NCBI GenBank assembly: GCA_010093815.1
Contig: ML996565.1
From: Pseudovirgaria hyperparasitica
Lineage: Eukaryota
Strand: one strand, 5' to 3'
DNA: 64,000 bases
This document shows positions 13,683-25,034 of the stretch, in pieces; position 1 is the first letter of the stretch; every line of letters starts with the position of its first letter. Made by a program: the position numbers and the translations under genes. Under the pieces are notes generated by a model, which was given only the letters and a program-made list of their open reading frames with translations, had not been told where the DNA came from and made no database searches.

Positions 13683-14264
13683 CGTGTTCAGACTGGGCGT
13701 TGGAGAATCGACTGTGGACGGCGGTATACGAATTGGGGTGGTAAAGGCACTAAGGATTATGAGGCTGTTGCGTTGGCTGAGAAACTTGAAGAGTCCGAAT
13801 AAGATGACGAGGTTATCGGAGAGTGGTGGTCTGCTCTTGGCTGTCGAAGAATCGGGCTAATCAGGGCTCTTCGGAACTGGTGGCAGGTGGCAGGACGCCC
13901 GAAGCCGTTTGACATTGCCCGCGCTATCCGCATCCATTTAGCGTTACAGTTACCCCCTCGTCCATCACTAAAAAGTGCAACATTTGAGACTTTTTTCTTT
14001 TCAATTACAAAACATTATCATGGCCTGCAACACCTCATGAGTAGCAGATTCGAACACGCCTCTGCGGCTTCATTGTACTATATACGTACAGCCCTGCCGT
14101 GGAGCTATTTTGATGATGATATTATTACATGAAACGGGTATCGCGTGGAGTCGGATGCTTTTGCGCTCCAGGGGGGGATGGGGAATCTTTGCCTCCGTGA
14201 ACGCCTTGCCATCGACGTGTAAGCATCCAATATTTCATAACACATTAAACTCCGAAATTAGCAC

Positions 14265-15197
14265 CTACACCTGCACTGCTGCGCGCTTCACACGTAGCGG
14301 GAGGTTTGGGTCCAGCTGGAAAGAGAGGGGGAGTTTTGATCGAGCCGCGGATAGCTGAGCTGCCGTTTGCTGAAGCATGGTCGTCTTCCGTACCATGGTC
14401 TCTTGCGACAATTGCAAGTCAAAGTCCGTGAGGTAGCATAAACTGATCTCCAGATGCTGAAGCTCCCGCTCTGACACTCCTCCGACACCAGCATATCGCG
14501 AATGTGGGTATTTGAGATCTTCGAGCGCCTTCATCGCAACTCTTAATGCCGCAAGTACCAGTCTGTGTATTGTTCTTCCAGTGACGGGAACAATCTTATC
14601 CTCCACAGCCAATTTGTAGATATACGCGCACGCGGCGAGGTAGACTGCAGTCGACATCGGGCAGTAGCGTTGTAAGCGCAGTAGATAATCTTCGAGGCTT
14701 ATGGCCGGAGGCCTCTTCGAGAAGAACTTCCTTGCTATTGAAATGCGCTGGAGCTGCACATCCTCTGTGTCGTGCCCAACTACAACGGTCGCTGGCTCTT
14801 GTTCACATGCCTCTGGGCTACCAAGTTGTATATGTTTATGGGCCAAGCTGGTCAGGTCGGCGGAGGATACGGGTGTCGCTGGTCTTGAGGGAGTTCTGGG
14901 TCGTGTGTTGTTGCCTAATGATCTTCGAGGGGTTGAAGGCCTACTGACCGGAGGTGTTGGTGGAACGTCTCCGGTAGCGAAAGCAAGGGATGTGACTGCA
15001 CGACACAGAAGCTTCATGGCTGTTTCTGGAGCCACTTCCGAAGGATCCCAGTCTCCAGCGGGAGGCGAAGGAGCGTTTGCGTCTGGAGAGGCCATGTGAG
15101 GGATGACGCCATGGTCGGCGGAAGGGTTTGGAGGAGACGGAGGGTGGACAGTTGTTGGCATGTTGTGTTCAGCGGAAGGCGTATTTGGAGAACCCAT
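14265..15197 (-). CDS. Pho80/Pcl-family cyclin
   Basis: KFFSKRPPAISLEDYLLRLQRYCPMSTAVYLA...HRLVLAALRVAMKALED...YAGVGGVSERELQHLEISL cyclin box. Confidence 0.9.
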   Translation of the reverse strand: MGSPNTPSAEHNMPTTVHPPSPPNPSADHGVIPHMASPDANAPSPPAGDWDPSEVAPETAMKLLCRAVTSLAFATGDVPPTPPVSRPSTPRRSLGNNTRPRTPSRPATPVSSADLTSLAHKHIQLGSPEACEQEPATVVVGHDTEDVQLQRISIARKFFSKRPPAISLEDYLLRLQRYCPMSTAVYLAACAYIYKLAVEDKIVPVTGRTIHRLVLAALRVAMKALEDLKYPHSRYAGVGGVSERELQHLEISLCYLTDFDLQLSQETMVRKTTMLQQTAAQLSAARSKLPLSFQLDPNLPLRVKRAAVQV

Positions 15198-17793
15198 TGC
15201 AATAAATCAGAGAACGATATGGCTGGCCTAGACAGACAGGTGACGTGAACGGAAGCTATTAAAACAAACGATTGACGGTGCCGAAAGCGTGGAGATTTGA
15301 GCGATAATTCGGTCGAAGGTGGCCATGTGATATTCAGGAAGCCGTAAGGTTTTGCGTGTAGAGCAGAGTAGTGTATAGCCAACAGCGCGAACCGTGGAAT
15401 GGATTGCGAGAAGAAGGCGTATTAAGGCGTTGAATTCTGGTCGAAGCGGTTCATGAGGGGGCCCTACCTAGTTTCTATGTAGCGGGCGTTCGGGATGGTT
15501 ATGGGATCGGGAGGAAGCTGTCACGAGCTGCAGCAAGTGTCCAGCAGCTATGCCTCAACAGAGTCTGGTTCGCTGGACTACAACTCACGATGCTGGAAAA
15601 GTGCTGGTGCATGTGCATAGATGGACCAGGCCAGGCCAGGGATTCTTTCTCATTACCGACAAGCAAGATCCTGCAGGTGCACGAGGTTGCGAATCACCGT
15701 CTGTGCGTTGTGGGGAAGAAGACTATCCACCCGCGGTCCAAGGGTAAAGTCGGCAAAAGTCAAGGAAGAGTGGAAGGGAGTAATGGAAGGGATTGTGATT
15801 GATTATGGCGAATTAATGAAGCCAAGTAGATGGATGGTGGTGGTGGTGGTGTCTTGTCTGTACTGTACCATGGAACTCGACTTCTCAAGGAAGAATGGAT
15901 GGCCGTAGACCCGATAAAGTCGCCATTTTTTGCCAACGTGAAAGCGGGGAACCGGCCATTATGCCAGGGCTGCCGTTCCATACTTGAAAGAGTTGTGGGC
16001 ACCGCAGATGGCTCGCAGATAGGATCAAGCCGTCCAGCAGCGAGGCGAAAAGCAACAATACCGCCAGATCTATGGCTGGCTGAACACAGAAAAGCAACTT
16101 ATGTGTGTGTGCATTTGGGGCATCTCTGGAACCTTTTCAATCAGTGATTGCTTAGGACGGCGTGTAACTTGTTTTCATTGATGCATGACAGCGTGGCAAG
16201 TGATTCTTCACTCCGTCTCGAGGATCTCTATTGGAACATTGAAGCTTCTATGAATAATCCAGAAGTAATTAGAGGGCACTATCCATCTTCAATATTACTC
16301 TCCTGGCTACGACTGGGGTCCCCGGTCCAGTTTGCCCAACACGAGATCTGAGTGAATCTGCAGGACCCTGGGATCTCCCTTCGAGCAGTCAATTCCCCCA
16401 ATCCTGCACTGTCAACGTGTCAGCTTTCTCTCTTGTGCTGTATCACCATTCACAGCGTCGCAGTCTCTAGCAGCGATGGCAATGTCCCAATGATACTTGG
16501 ACGCTAGCACTTCAATGGCTTGTGCAGCGTGCTGCCCATCACCACATCCACTCTTTTACCCGTGCAATTCATGTATTGGCTGCATCTTGAACCATTGTCC
16601 ATCGACAGACAGATCGCCCATCCTCTCTAGCTTCTCAAGGGAGTGCATAAGCGTGAGGGGAGGGTCGTCGCAACTCGTGGCAATTTGTAGATGATCACTC
16701 CATCTGGTGAGTCGGAAGAGAAGCCGGAGAACCACCTGGCTCATCAAAGCTTTGGGCCTGATACAGCGTGTCGCACTGGGCCAATTTGTACAACTTGTCC
16801 TTGTACTCTCCGGGCCTATACATGATAGCTCACATCAACTTGCACCAAACAGTCTGCTAGTAACGCCCTGGGTGCGTTATTGGAGGTCATGGCAAAAGGC
16901 ACGACGACTTGACTCATCCAGACACGAAGCACCGCGCAATGCCTTAAAGCCGAACAGGTACGTCCAGTGTACGAACTGTAGGTAGAACGCTCTGTTCTCT
17001 CCCAGCCTCTTTACATGAGCCATGTCTCTCTTCAACGATCCGTCTGATGTTCGACTGATATCGACGCGTGTTTGTCTTCGTCATTTCTGGTCGAACCTGC
17101 AGCTCGTTCGTTTTGTTGATGTATGGTATGACGTGCAAGATCAGTTGAAACAATGCTTGCTACATCAGGCTTCTTTAGGGCGACACACTCGTATCCGATA
17201 CTGTCAGTAAGAGTAAAAGTAGGGCGACTGGGTGTTGAGGAGTGAGTCTTGTCGCGTTCGCCCAAGACGCGTCGTCACGTTATTTCCGGATTGGGAGAGA
17301 ATTGATCTTCGGATCGCCAGGATCCACCCGTCAACTCCATCCAAGCAATGACACCAAGCTTTGTTGACGACCTTTTCGTCTTGAATTTGCTCTCTCAGCT
17401 CCCATCCTCATCAACAATGTAAACGAAGATACAATTATGATTCCGTCCGGATGGCAGGCGGTTCTGCGAAGACCGCCATAGCAGAGAGTCCTTGTTCAAC
17501 GCTGCATAGCCCCCTCGTATGCCGTCACAGCCCTTTACACTCGAAGCCTTAGGCAGAGGCCGCCTACATAGACAAGGCATTCGAATCGTCTTTTTCAACT
17601 TACGGTTTCTTCATTACATTCGATATAACTAAGCTTACAGACCCCTACCTACCTCCTCGATTGCCTTTTTCATGAACCCAATCTTCACCACACTTCCTCC
17701 CAGCTCTTTATACTGGCACTATTACTCTAGGCTGCCACACTCAGCATGCAGAGAAGCATACTCTTCCAGATAACAATCCTTCTACTTGCACAA

Positions 17794-18661
17794 ATGGCTT
17801 CCGCCAGTCCTCATGACACTGGTGATCTCTCACAACTGCCCAATGCCGAGACTGGGAGCTTCTATGAAGACCCTGAGGGCCTGCTGGCTGGAGCAGTGTG
17901 CCATTTCTGCGGCTTCGCGTACGAGTTCTGCAGATGCAACTATACACCCAATACATTCCGCTGGGTAGGTGGAATCGCTAATGTTGCACACTTGTCTAAC
18001 CTGTCACTATCTCTAGTCAGATCTCCTCGACCCCACCGAACTTCTCAACCACCCAGCGTGGCCATCGTCTTATCTTGACAACTCAAACGAGACGGCTCTC
18101 CAAAACAATCAGTTCGTAGACCCTCCCAGGCCTCGTTTGATAATCCCTCAAACAGAAGCCTTCAACAACAACAACCTAAGCACGGAGTACCCTGAAGCAT
18201 CAATCGACGGGATATTATCATCAACATACAATGCGGGGGATCGACTTAGTCCGCAGTCGGCAAAGTCATCGAGAAGACCACGAGAACAGAATGGTTATAG
18301 CTGTGATATATGCAGGTCGACCTTTGATCGCGAGTGCGACTTGAAGTAAGTCTCAATAATGCTTTGTCCAGAGAACATACGACTAAGTGTGTCAAGTCGG
18401 CATAAGAAGATACATCTCGACAACCACCGCAGACCGATCAAATGTCCTGATTGCGACAAGGGCTTCCTATACCCGAAGGATCTCAAAAGACACCAGAGCA
18501 CACATACTGCCTCAGAGAGGACCTTCTTCTGTCCTGTTGCAGGGTGTAAGTCGAATGCCAACGGGTTCACAAGGAAAGATAATTACAAACGACATATGCG
18601 GAGCAAACACTCTCGATCTACGCTGGATACTGCGTCAGTATCTGGTACCTCTACAACCTAA
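17794..18661 (+). CDS. C2H2 zinc-finger protein with three fingers (introns ~17965-18016 and ~18346-18396; possible upstream start at 17746)
   Basis: Spliced CDICRSTFDRECDLNRHKKIH, CPDCDKGFLYPKDLKRHQSTH, CPVAGC...FTRKDNYKRHMRSKH. Intron phases are consistent. Confidence 0.82.
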
Positions 18662-19440
18662 TATAATCTAGGCCAATGACGATGCATGGTATCGCTATAC
18701 TCAACACGATTTACGCTATCACAGACCACAGGCACGGATATTACGAATGGTTGCGGCTAGGCCCGGCGCTACGGTCTAGTATTGCACGCTCCGCGCTGGT
18801 CGCGAATTGAGCACGATTTATCTCTTATATGCACCGCCACATTTTTCACGTCTTATACTATCACATTTCCGCCTCTTGTGCCCTTTTAGACTTTGGTTGG
18901 TCATTATTGGCATGAACGTTTCGCATTGGAAGCCCGCTACATCTTCGCTGCCCGTGTATATATGCAGTATACCCCACTTGTTCTTTCTACCTATACTGTA
19001 ATTCCTGTCGCCAGGCATAACGATAATGCTAGACATGTAATACACCCATTCACACCAGCGAGCCATTCCAGTGCATACTCACAGCGACCACGTCCCATGT
19101 TTCACCCGGACCGGTGACTCAACAGATCCCCCTCAAGACTCCCGGTCGCCCACCTCGTGACAAAGTGGCCCAAATCCTACTGCATCCAACCACCACCACC
19201 ACCAGGCTAAATAAACCTAACCTCGTGCACAAGCCTCACAACGCACAACTGTGTGCACTTTCAGTGTCTTACAAAATAGGGCCGTACACCTAAATCACCT
19301 CACCAGCAGCGACAGCCTTACCTTACCTAATGTCTGGCACCCAAGAACTTTCCCTGGGACTTGGGTCTACGTACGACGTCAGATCACTTCCTAGCCTTGA
19401 CTCCATAACTCGCGTGCCTAGCCGTAGCCCGTAGCCTGTA

Positions 19441-19475
19441 CCCGCAACCCGCAACCCGCAACCCGCAACCCGCAG
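19441..19475 (+). repeat. Tandem heptamer (CCCGCAA)x5
   Basis: Read directly; the last unit is CCCGCAG. Confidence 0.9.
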
Positions 19476-19560
19476 CCCCCGTCTTTTGGCTGCCTGATGG
19501 ACCTTTCCTCTCGCTTGGGGGGAAGGGCGGGAAGTGGGTAGAAGTGGATGAAAGTGGAAG

Positions 19561-19605
19561 GGCAAGGGAAGGGCAAGGCAAGGCAAGGCAGGGCAAGGCA
19601 AGGCA
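19561..19605 (+). repeat. Imperfect pentamer (GGCAA)n
   Basis: ggcaagggaagggcaaggcaaggcaaggcagggcaaggcaaggca. Confidence 0.85.
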
Positions 19606-19810
19606 GACGAGTGGAGTGGGGCGGCGAATGGAGGATGTTACCTGGAGGGGGTGTTTGGTGTTTGTGTGCTATATAGGGCGTGCTATAGCGTGTCTTGGTT
19701 GCCTTGATTACTATGCGGGTTTTGTTGTTTTTTTGGGGTTTGGCTCGTGTTTTGATTTGTAAGTTTGATGGTTTGGTGTTTTGAGGTTGGGATTTGGAGT
19801 CTCGGGGATT

Positions 19811-19838
19811 GGGCATTGGGCATTGGGCATTGGGCACT
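19811..19838 (+). repeat. Tandem heptamer (GGGCATT)x4, G-quadruplex compatible
   Basis: gggcattgggcattgggcattgggcact. Confidence 0.85.
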
Positions 19839-20390
19839 GGTTTGGTTTCATGTGGGTTGGGGATTGAGGGTGGATGGTGTCGTATGTTGTGTTATGTTGT
19901 TTTGGATTGCGCTGTGGTGTCTTGGATTTGGTCTCTTGTATTGATCATTAGCTTATCTGCCGCGATGGAGCTATATTTCGAATGTCAAACTGAAATTTCG
20001 AAAGTAGCGAGAGAGAGAAAAAAGGGGGTATCAAACTATCATACAGCACAACAACATTTCCGCCCATTCCATACCGCGTTCTCCTGCCTTGTGTCCAGTG
20101 TTGACGTGAGGTCTGTGGTAGCCATGGTGGGATTGACCCATCTTCGCGTCGCGGTGTATAGTGTGACATATCCCACCTTGAGCAGGCGGAAGCGTGAGAG
20201 ACAGCGCAAGCCACGCATGCCACCGGTGGGATGTTCATACGCAGCGGTATCCTGCGCTGGCTGTGCATGCCTCAATCAACTCCGACCACACACACCATCA
20301 CACGACTAGAGAGACATACACCACCAAGTCCCTAGTCCACGCATCCCAAGCCATACGGCCTCACATACACACACCCTCTTTCTCCCCCTT

Positions 20391-21151
20391 CTAGTCCAAC
20401 CACGCCCACGTCACCTTCACCCTCCCATCATCCCTCCTCGCCAACATATCAAACACACCAGTCGTCGTATCAATATCCGTCGGCGCACACCCAACACAGC
20501 GATCCACAACCGTCAAATCAACACTACGCTGCGCACCCACACCCTCATGATAGCGCGTAGCACGAATCTTCTTGCCGCACAGCGGATTCGCATTCGGATT
20601 TGAGCCGGTGCTCGCGGCGTCAAAGACAAAATGCGACACGGACACGATGTGGTCTTCGGACGTGGATACGACGCCGCACGCGCCGAGTCCGGGGTCGTAG
20701 TATGTGAAGTCGCCGGTCTGCGGGGATTTATTGCTGGGTAGAGGGAGGTTTTGCGCTTTGTTCCTGTGTGCTTGACGGTTAGTTGGGGGTGGGGCTGCTG
20801 TGTGGAATTGGAGTGTTTGTATGGGGGAGGAGGGGGACTGGGAACGGACTTCTTGCCTGCTGTCAAGCCGGCCGCGAGCCCGATTATAAGGGCGAGAAGG
20901 CAGACGGCGGCGATGCTGGCGATGATGATGAATTTCTTCTTGCCGAGGCCGCAGTATGCGCTGCCTCCTCCTGAACGCCTGCGCCGGACAGGGAGCGCGG
21001 TTGAGAGCTTTGTGCTGATGATGCCGATGAATGCATGGGGCCCGCTCCGGGTGGTCTTTTCGCCGTTGGCTGGGAGCTCCCAGTCGAGCTGTGAGGCTTG
21101 AGGGTATGAGGGTATGGTGTGTGCCTGTTGGGGAGGTTGTGGAGATGCCAT
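20391..21151 (-). CDS. RlpA-like double-psi beta-barrel (expansin/loosenin-like) protein with an internal membrane anchor (one intron, ~20765-20849)
   Basis: Transmembrane segment FIIIASIAAVCLLALIIGLAAGL, then TGDFTYYDPGLGACG, NPNANPLCGKKI, TVVDRCVGCAPTDID, GRVKVTWAW. Confidence 0.88.
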
Positions 21152-21838
21152 CGCGCGGATGCGGGGAATCGCGAGTGGCGAAGGGACTATGAATTGGTGG
21201 GAAGGAGTGTGTTTGTGTGTTTGTAGTAAATGAGAGGTGCTGTCAAAGCATGTTTACGCCGTACGAATGACGGGTGAATGAGTGAATGAGTGAATAAACA
21301 CTGAAGCGTGCAATTGAAGCAGAAAAGGGACCACAGGCGTCGCGAGTCGCGGACTGAAAGCAGATCATACACGGCTTATTGTTAGCGTGCCCGGCAAAGC
21401 ACTGCGCTCGGCTTGCGGCGCGGAACCGGAGCCGAGACCGATTCGGGAAGTGACGCTGGCGGGTGGAGGGCACGATGGAACACGTTCGCATCCATCCTAC
21501 TCAAAAGCTCCCACGACACACCCACGACCTACACACTCCATTCACCACTCTACACGCTGTAACGGCGACCACGCTCACTCTTGACGCACCGCACATTGAT
21601 ACCGCCTCCAGCATTGCGTGTCTTCCAGCATCATATCATCCCTCCCCTTCTCTCACCACCTCTTCCCACCCGCCTGCATCACGCCTCTCCCACTCCATAT
21701 CCCACATCTCAACCCCTCGCCGTCTCGTCGAAACACACGTAACGCAGCATCCCGGCCCAAAATCTACTCTTTGCTTTCAACAACAACAACAGCAGCAATA
21801 CCACTCACCTCCTCCCTCCGCCCCGGCAATCGCCCACG

Positions 21839-22581
21839 ATGAGCAACGGCGAGATCCCCGCAACAACCCTCAACATCCCCCAACTCCTCCTCGTCCTCGT
21901 GCTCGGCTTCCTCGCCGTGCGCTGGTATCTCTCCGGGCCCCCGTCTTCAGCGTCGTCGTCCCGGTCATCCTCACGCACACCACGCATCGACTACGCACGC
22001 GTCGACCAAGTGGCACAGATGTTCCCGCAGGCAGACCGACGCGCCATCATATGGGACATGCAGCGCAACGGCGGCAACGTGGCCGCGACGACAGAGCGGA
22101 TTCTGAGCCGTGGGCTGGATGTGGTGAGTTTTGCACCTGTTTCCTGAATTTGGCCCCAAAAGGAGTGCATTGGCGTTTCGTTACTGGTGCAGCACACTAT
22201 ACAGAGCTATGCTAACAGTATATTTTCCCCCCTTCGCAGCCGCCGCCATCCTTCCAACCTCCTCTCCCGCCGCAAGCAACGCCGTCCGGCGGCGCTGGTG
22301 CTCGCGCAAATGCGAAAACTCCAGCTCATCCCGACCTCATAACGCGCTACAATCTCTCGTCGAAAATCACCCCGACAGGCTCGTCTCCGTTGGTCGACTC
22401 TGGCTCGGACACATCGACGCCGGCCTCAACGCCGAGCAAGCCTAGCTGGTCGACCAACAAGACAGAACGGGCGCTGCAGTTGCAAAGGCGGCGCGAAGAG
22501 ATGATATTAGAAGCACGGAGAAAATTGGAGGAAAAGGAGAGGGCGAAGACTGCGGTGGATAAAGGGAAGGGGAAGGCATGA
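21839..22581 (+). CDS. CUE-domain ERAD protein (Cue1-like; intron ~22124-22239)
   Basis: N-terminal transmembrane helix LLLVLVLGFLAVRW, CUE domain VAQMFPQADRRAIIWDMQRNGGNVAATTERIL, PDLITRYNL, C-terminal LQRRREEMILEARRKL. Confidence 0.85.
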
Positions 22582-23376
22582 GTCGAGTGAGGTGTACGGA
22601 ACGGGATTTGTAGAAGCAGGAAGATTAGAGTGTGGTACCAGGAAAGAGAGAAAAATTACAAGGATAACAGACTGTGCCGTGCGTCAGTGGCCCAAAATGA
22701 TTCTTGTGACGAGTGATAGATTGGGTTATGGGCTGGGGTATAGTGCAGACGGACACGCGGACACGATGGTGTTGCAATGATGTCTCGGTACTACAAGATG
22801 TTTCTCCTTGGCAGAGTCCACAGGGGAGATTCAGCTACTTCATTGAGCAGTCCCGAGCCGTGTGAGACACAGAACGAGTCAAGACAAGCATCGAGGCTAG
22901 TCTCGCATAGCACAGTCAAAGTGAGAAGTACCAACCCAACCTTCACAGCGAAGAAGTCGCAACCATGATTGCTGTTTATCGGTATGCTATTCAAAAGACG
23001 ATCACACAGTTGGAAGTCAGATAAAGCGATTGAAGAGTGGAGTGCCGAAAAAGCCATCTCCTGTGTTGCTTCATATCAATTGGAAAGGCCATGAAATCAA
23101 ATCTTGTTGCTTCGTGCGTCATGTTTTCGTGGCCATGGGTATGCGCCATGCCTAGGTTCAAATCGTGCGCTCATCCGCCACCTCTCTCTCTCTCTCTCTC
23201 TCAAAACTCATGGGCCAGTGTCCGAGTAGATCCCCCTTTCTGTGACGGCCGTTATCTTCTTAGCACGATGCGAAACTGTTCGATGTGCTGGGTGGTGTCA
23301 TTCGTGAGCGGTGACACTTGCGCCTACACTTGTTGTGGGCGACTTTGCTTGTTGTCCTTCCTTTTCCTACCTCTCG

Positions 23377-25034
23377 TCAGGCTTGGGCTATTCCATGTCC
23401 ATTTCCGCCGCTTGCATAGCCATTGCCGTTTCCATTGCCTCCGCTACCATACCCACTGCCTCCGTCTGGCGATGAGAAGTCTGGAAGACCTCCGTCACCA
23501 CTTCCAGATTTCTCGTGTGCCCAGATTCGGAAGCCGTCAGGTGGCTGCGACTCGCCCCTAGGTGTGCCGCGCGAATACTGTTCGAGAGAGCCATTTATGC
23601 CTGTCAGTGCCCATGCAAACACGGCTTGCTCGCGGATGCTGTTCATCAGCGCTCGCTGCGCCGGACCGCCGTGGGCGTGAGCGGCGGCTTGACCCAGGTA
23701 CAGCTGGCCGTCCGGAGCGGCAGCACCGTAGTGATATGCTGGCTGAGGTTGCAGGCCAGGCACGAAGATTGGTTCGGCAGCCCACGGGGCGGCGAAGATG
23801 CCGGGGGTGTTCGCGGGATTGCGGACTTGAGGCTGGGCGGAAGGAGGTAGGATGGGCCGAGCTTTGCGGAGGCAGACGACAAGGCCGTCGGAGGTACACG
23901 ATACAACTGCCTCGAGCTCGATGGGTGGGAATTGGGTATTTGCTGGGGATGATGCGTTTGTATCGGGGCTGTTTACGCGTGGAGAGGCTTCCAAGCCGAA
24001 TTGATTGGCATGAACACGACTGGTGGTGCTCTCGCTTCCACTGCGTCCAGTACCATTACTCCTTGAAGCATCCCGGGAGCTCGTTTGACCTTGGCCCAAG
24101 GGTGTGTTAGGAATCGGTGTGTCTCTATCTGTCTCTGCATCGGATGCTGACAGGTCTGTCATGACCTCGTCAGTGTCTGCCTCTGATCCACTTGTATCTG
24201 GTTCTGGCGGATCATCCTGTCGAGGGTCACGAAACCAAAATCTAAGATATGCGATTGAGTCATTGCCTTTTGCGGATTCAAGACAGCGAACGGCGTCCTC
24301 GAGGCAGCTCTCCTGAATGCAGTAGTAAAAGCTGCGACCCTTCATCTGCTCGCTGGGAATGCCGACAATGTGCTCTATCCCAGTAGTTGCGTACATGACC
24401 GTCAGGGTGCGAGTGAATCGGTTGAGAAAGAGAGCGGCGCGTGGTTCGTGTTTCTCCTGCGGATCCTGGGCTTCCATGTCGTGCTTGAACTTATGAGACA
24501 AATGAGTAAGCATGTGGTAGCGTGGGTCATCTGGCGAGGAAGAAAACAGCTTTCGGACGAGAGGTGCCTCTACAGCACGTTCTGGTAGAAGTAAGTCAGT
24601 GTCTGCCTCCAAGACGCACCGGCGCAAACGCACTTTGACTTGCCATGCCAGGGCGATAGACACTTGTACAACACACCATGACGTTGTAGACAATAGTAAA
24701 GCAACACTCGCAATTTACCCAGGCACCATCGCGGTTGAGGATATCGCAATAGGACAAGACAGCGGCCTTGTCCAATTTGACACCCCGCGTGTGTATTTGC
24801 TGAGCCAGAGGAACTTGGTCAGGTCTGAAAAAGGACCATGTCGACTTGCCCACAACCTCGTCAGGGGTATGGCCGAGGATATCGACTATGGAGTCGGAGG
24901 AATAGAGGATTCGAGCATCTTTGGTCAGGTCTAACGAAGGAAGTCAGCATGTCATCACGTGGAGAGGTGGAGTAGTCCTCGTCGAGCATGCGAACTCCGC
25001 ACTCACCATGAATGGTGATGAAAGTCGTCTCCAT
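23377..25034 (-). CDS. PAS-domain protein with two PAS-like folds (3 exons)
   Basis: Spliced METTFITIHDLTKDARILYSSDSIVDILGHTPDEVVGKS; second fold LNRFTRTLTVMYAT..IVGIPSEQMKGRSFYYCI, IAYLRFWFRDPR, ELEAVVSCTSDGLVVCLR. Confidence 0.82.

Noticed and set aside
15550..17600. Numerous 60-105 aa ORFs upstream of the cyclin and C2H2 genes
   Set aside because: No coherent gene model; probably promoter or UTR sequence.
19441..19838. Telomere or CRISPR interpretation of the short repeats
   Set aside because: Units are not TTAGGG, there are no spacers, the arrays are very short, and the context is eukaryotic and interstitial.
21463..22215. 250-aa His/Pro/Gln-rich ORF
   Set aside because: Overlaps the CUE gene leader and CDS in another frame; compositional artefact.
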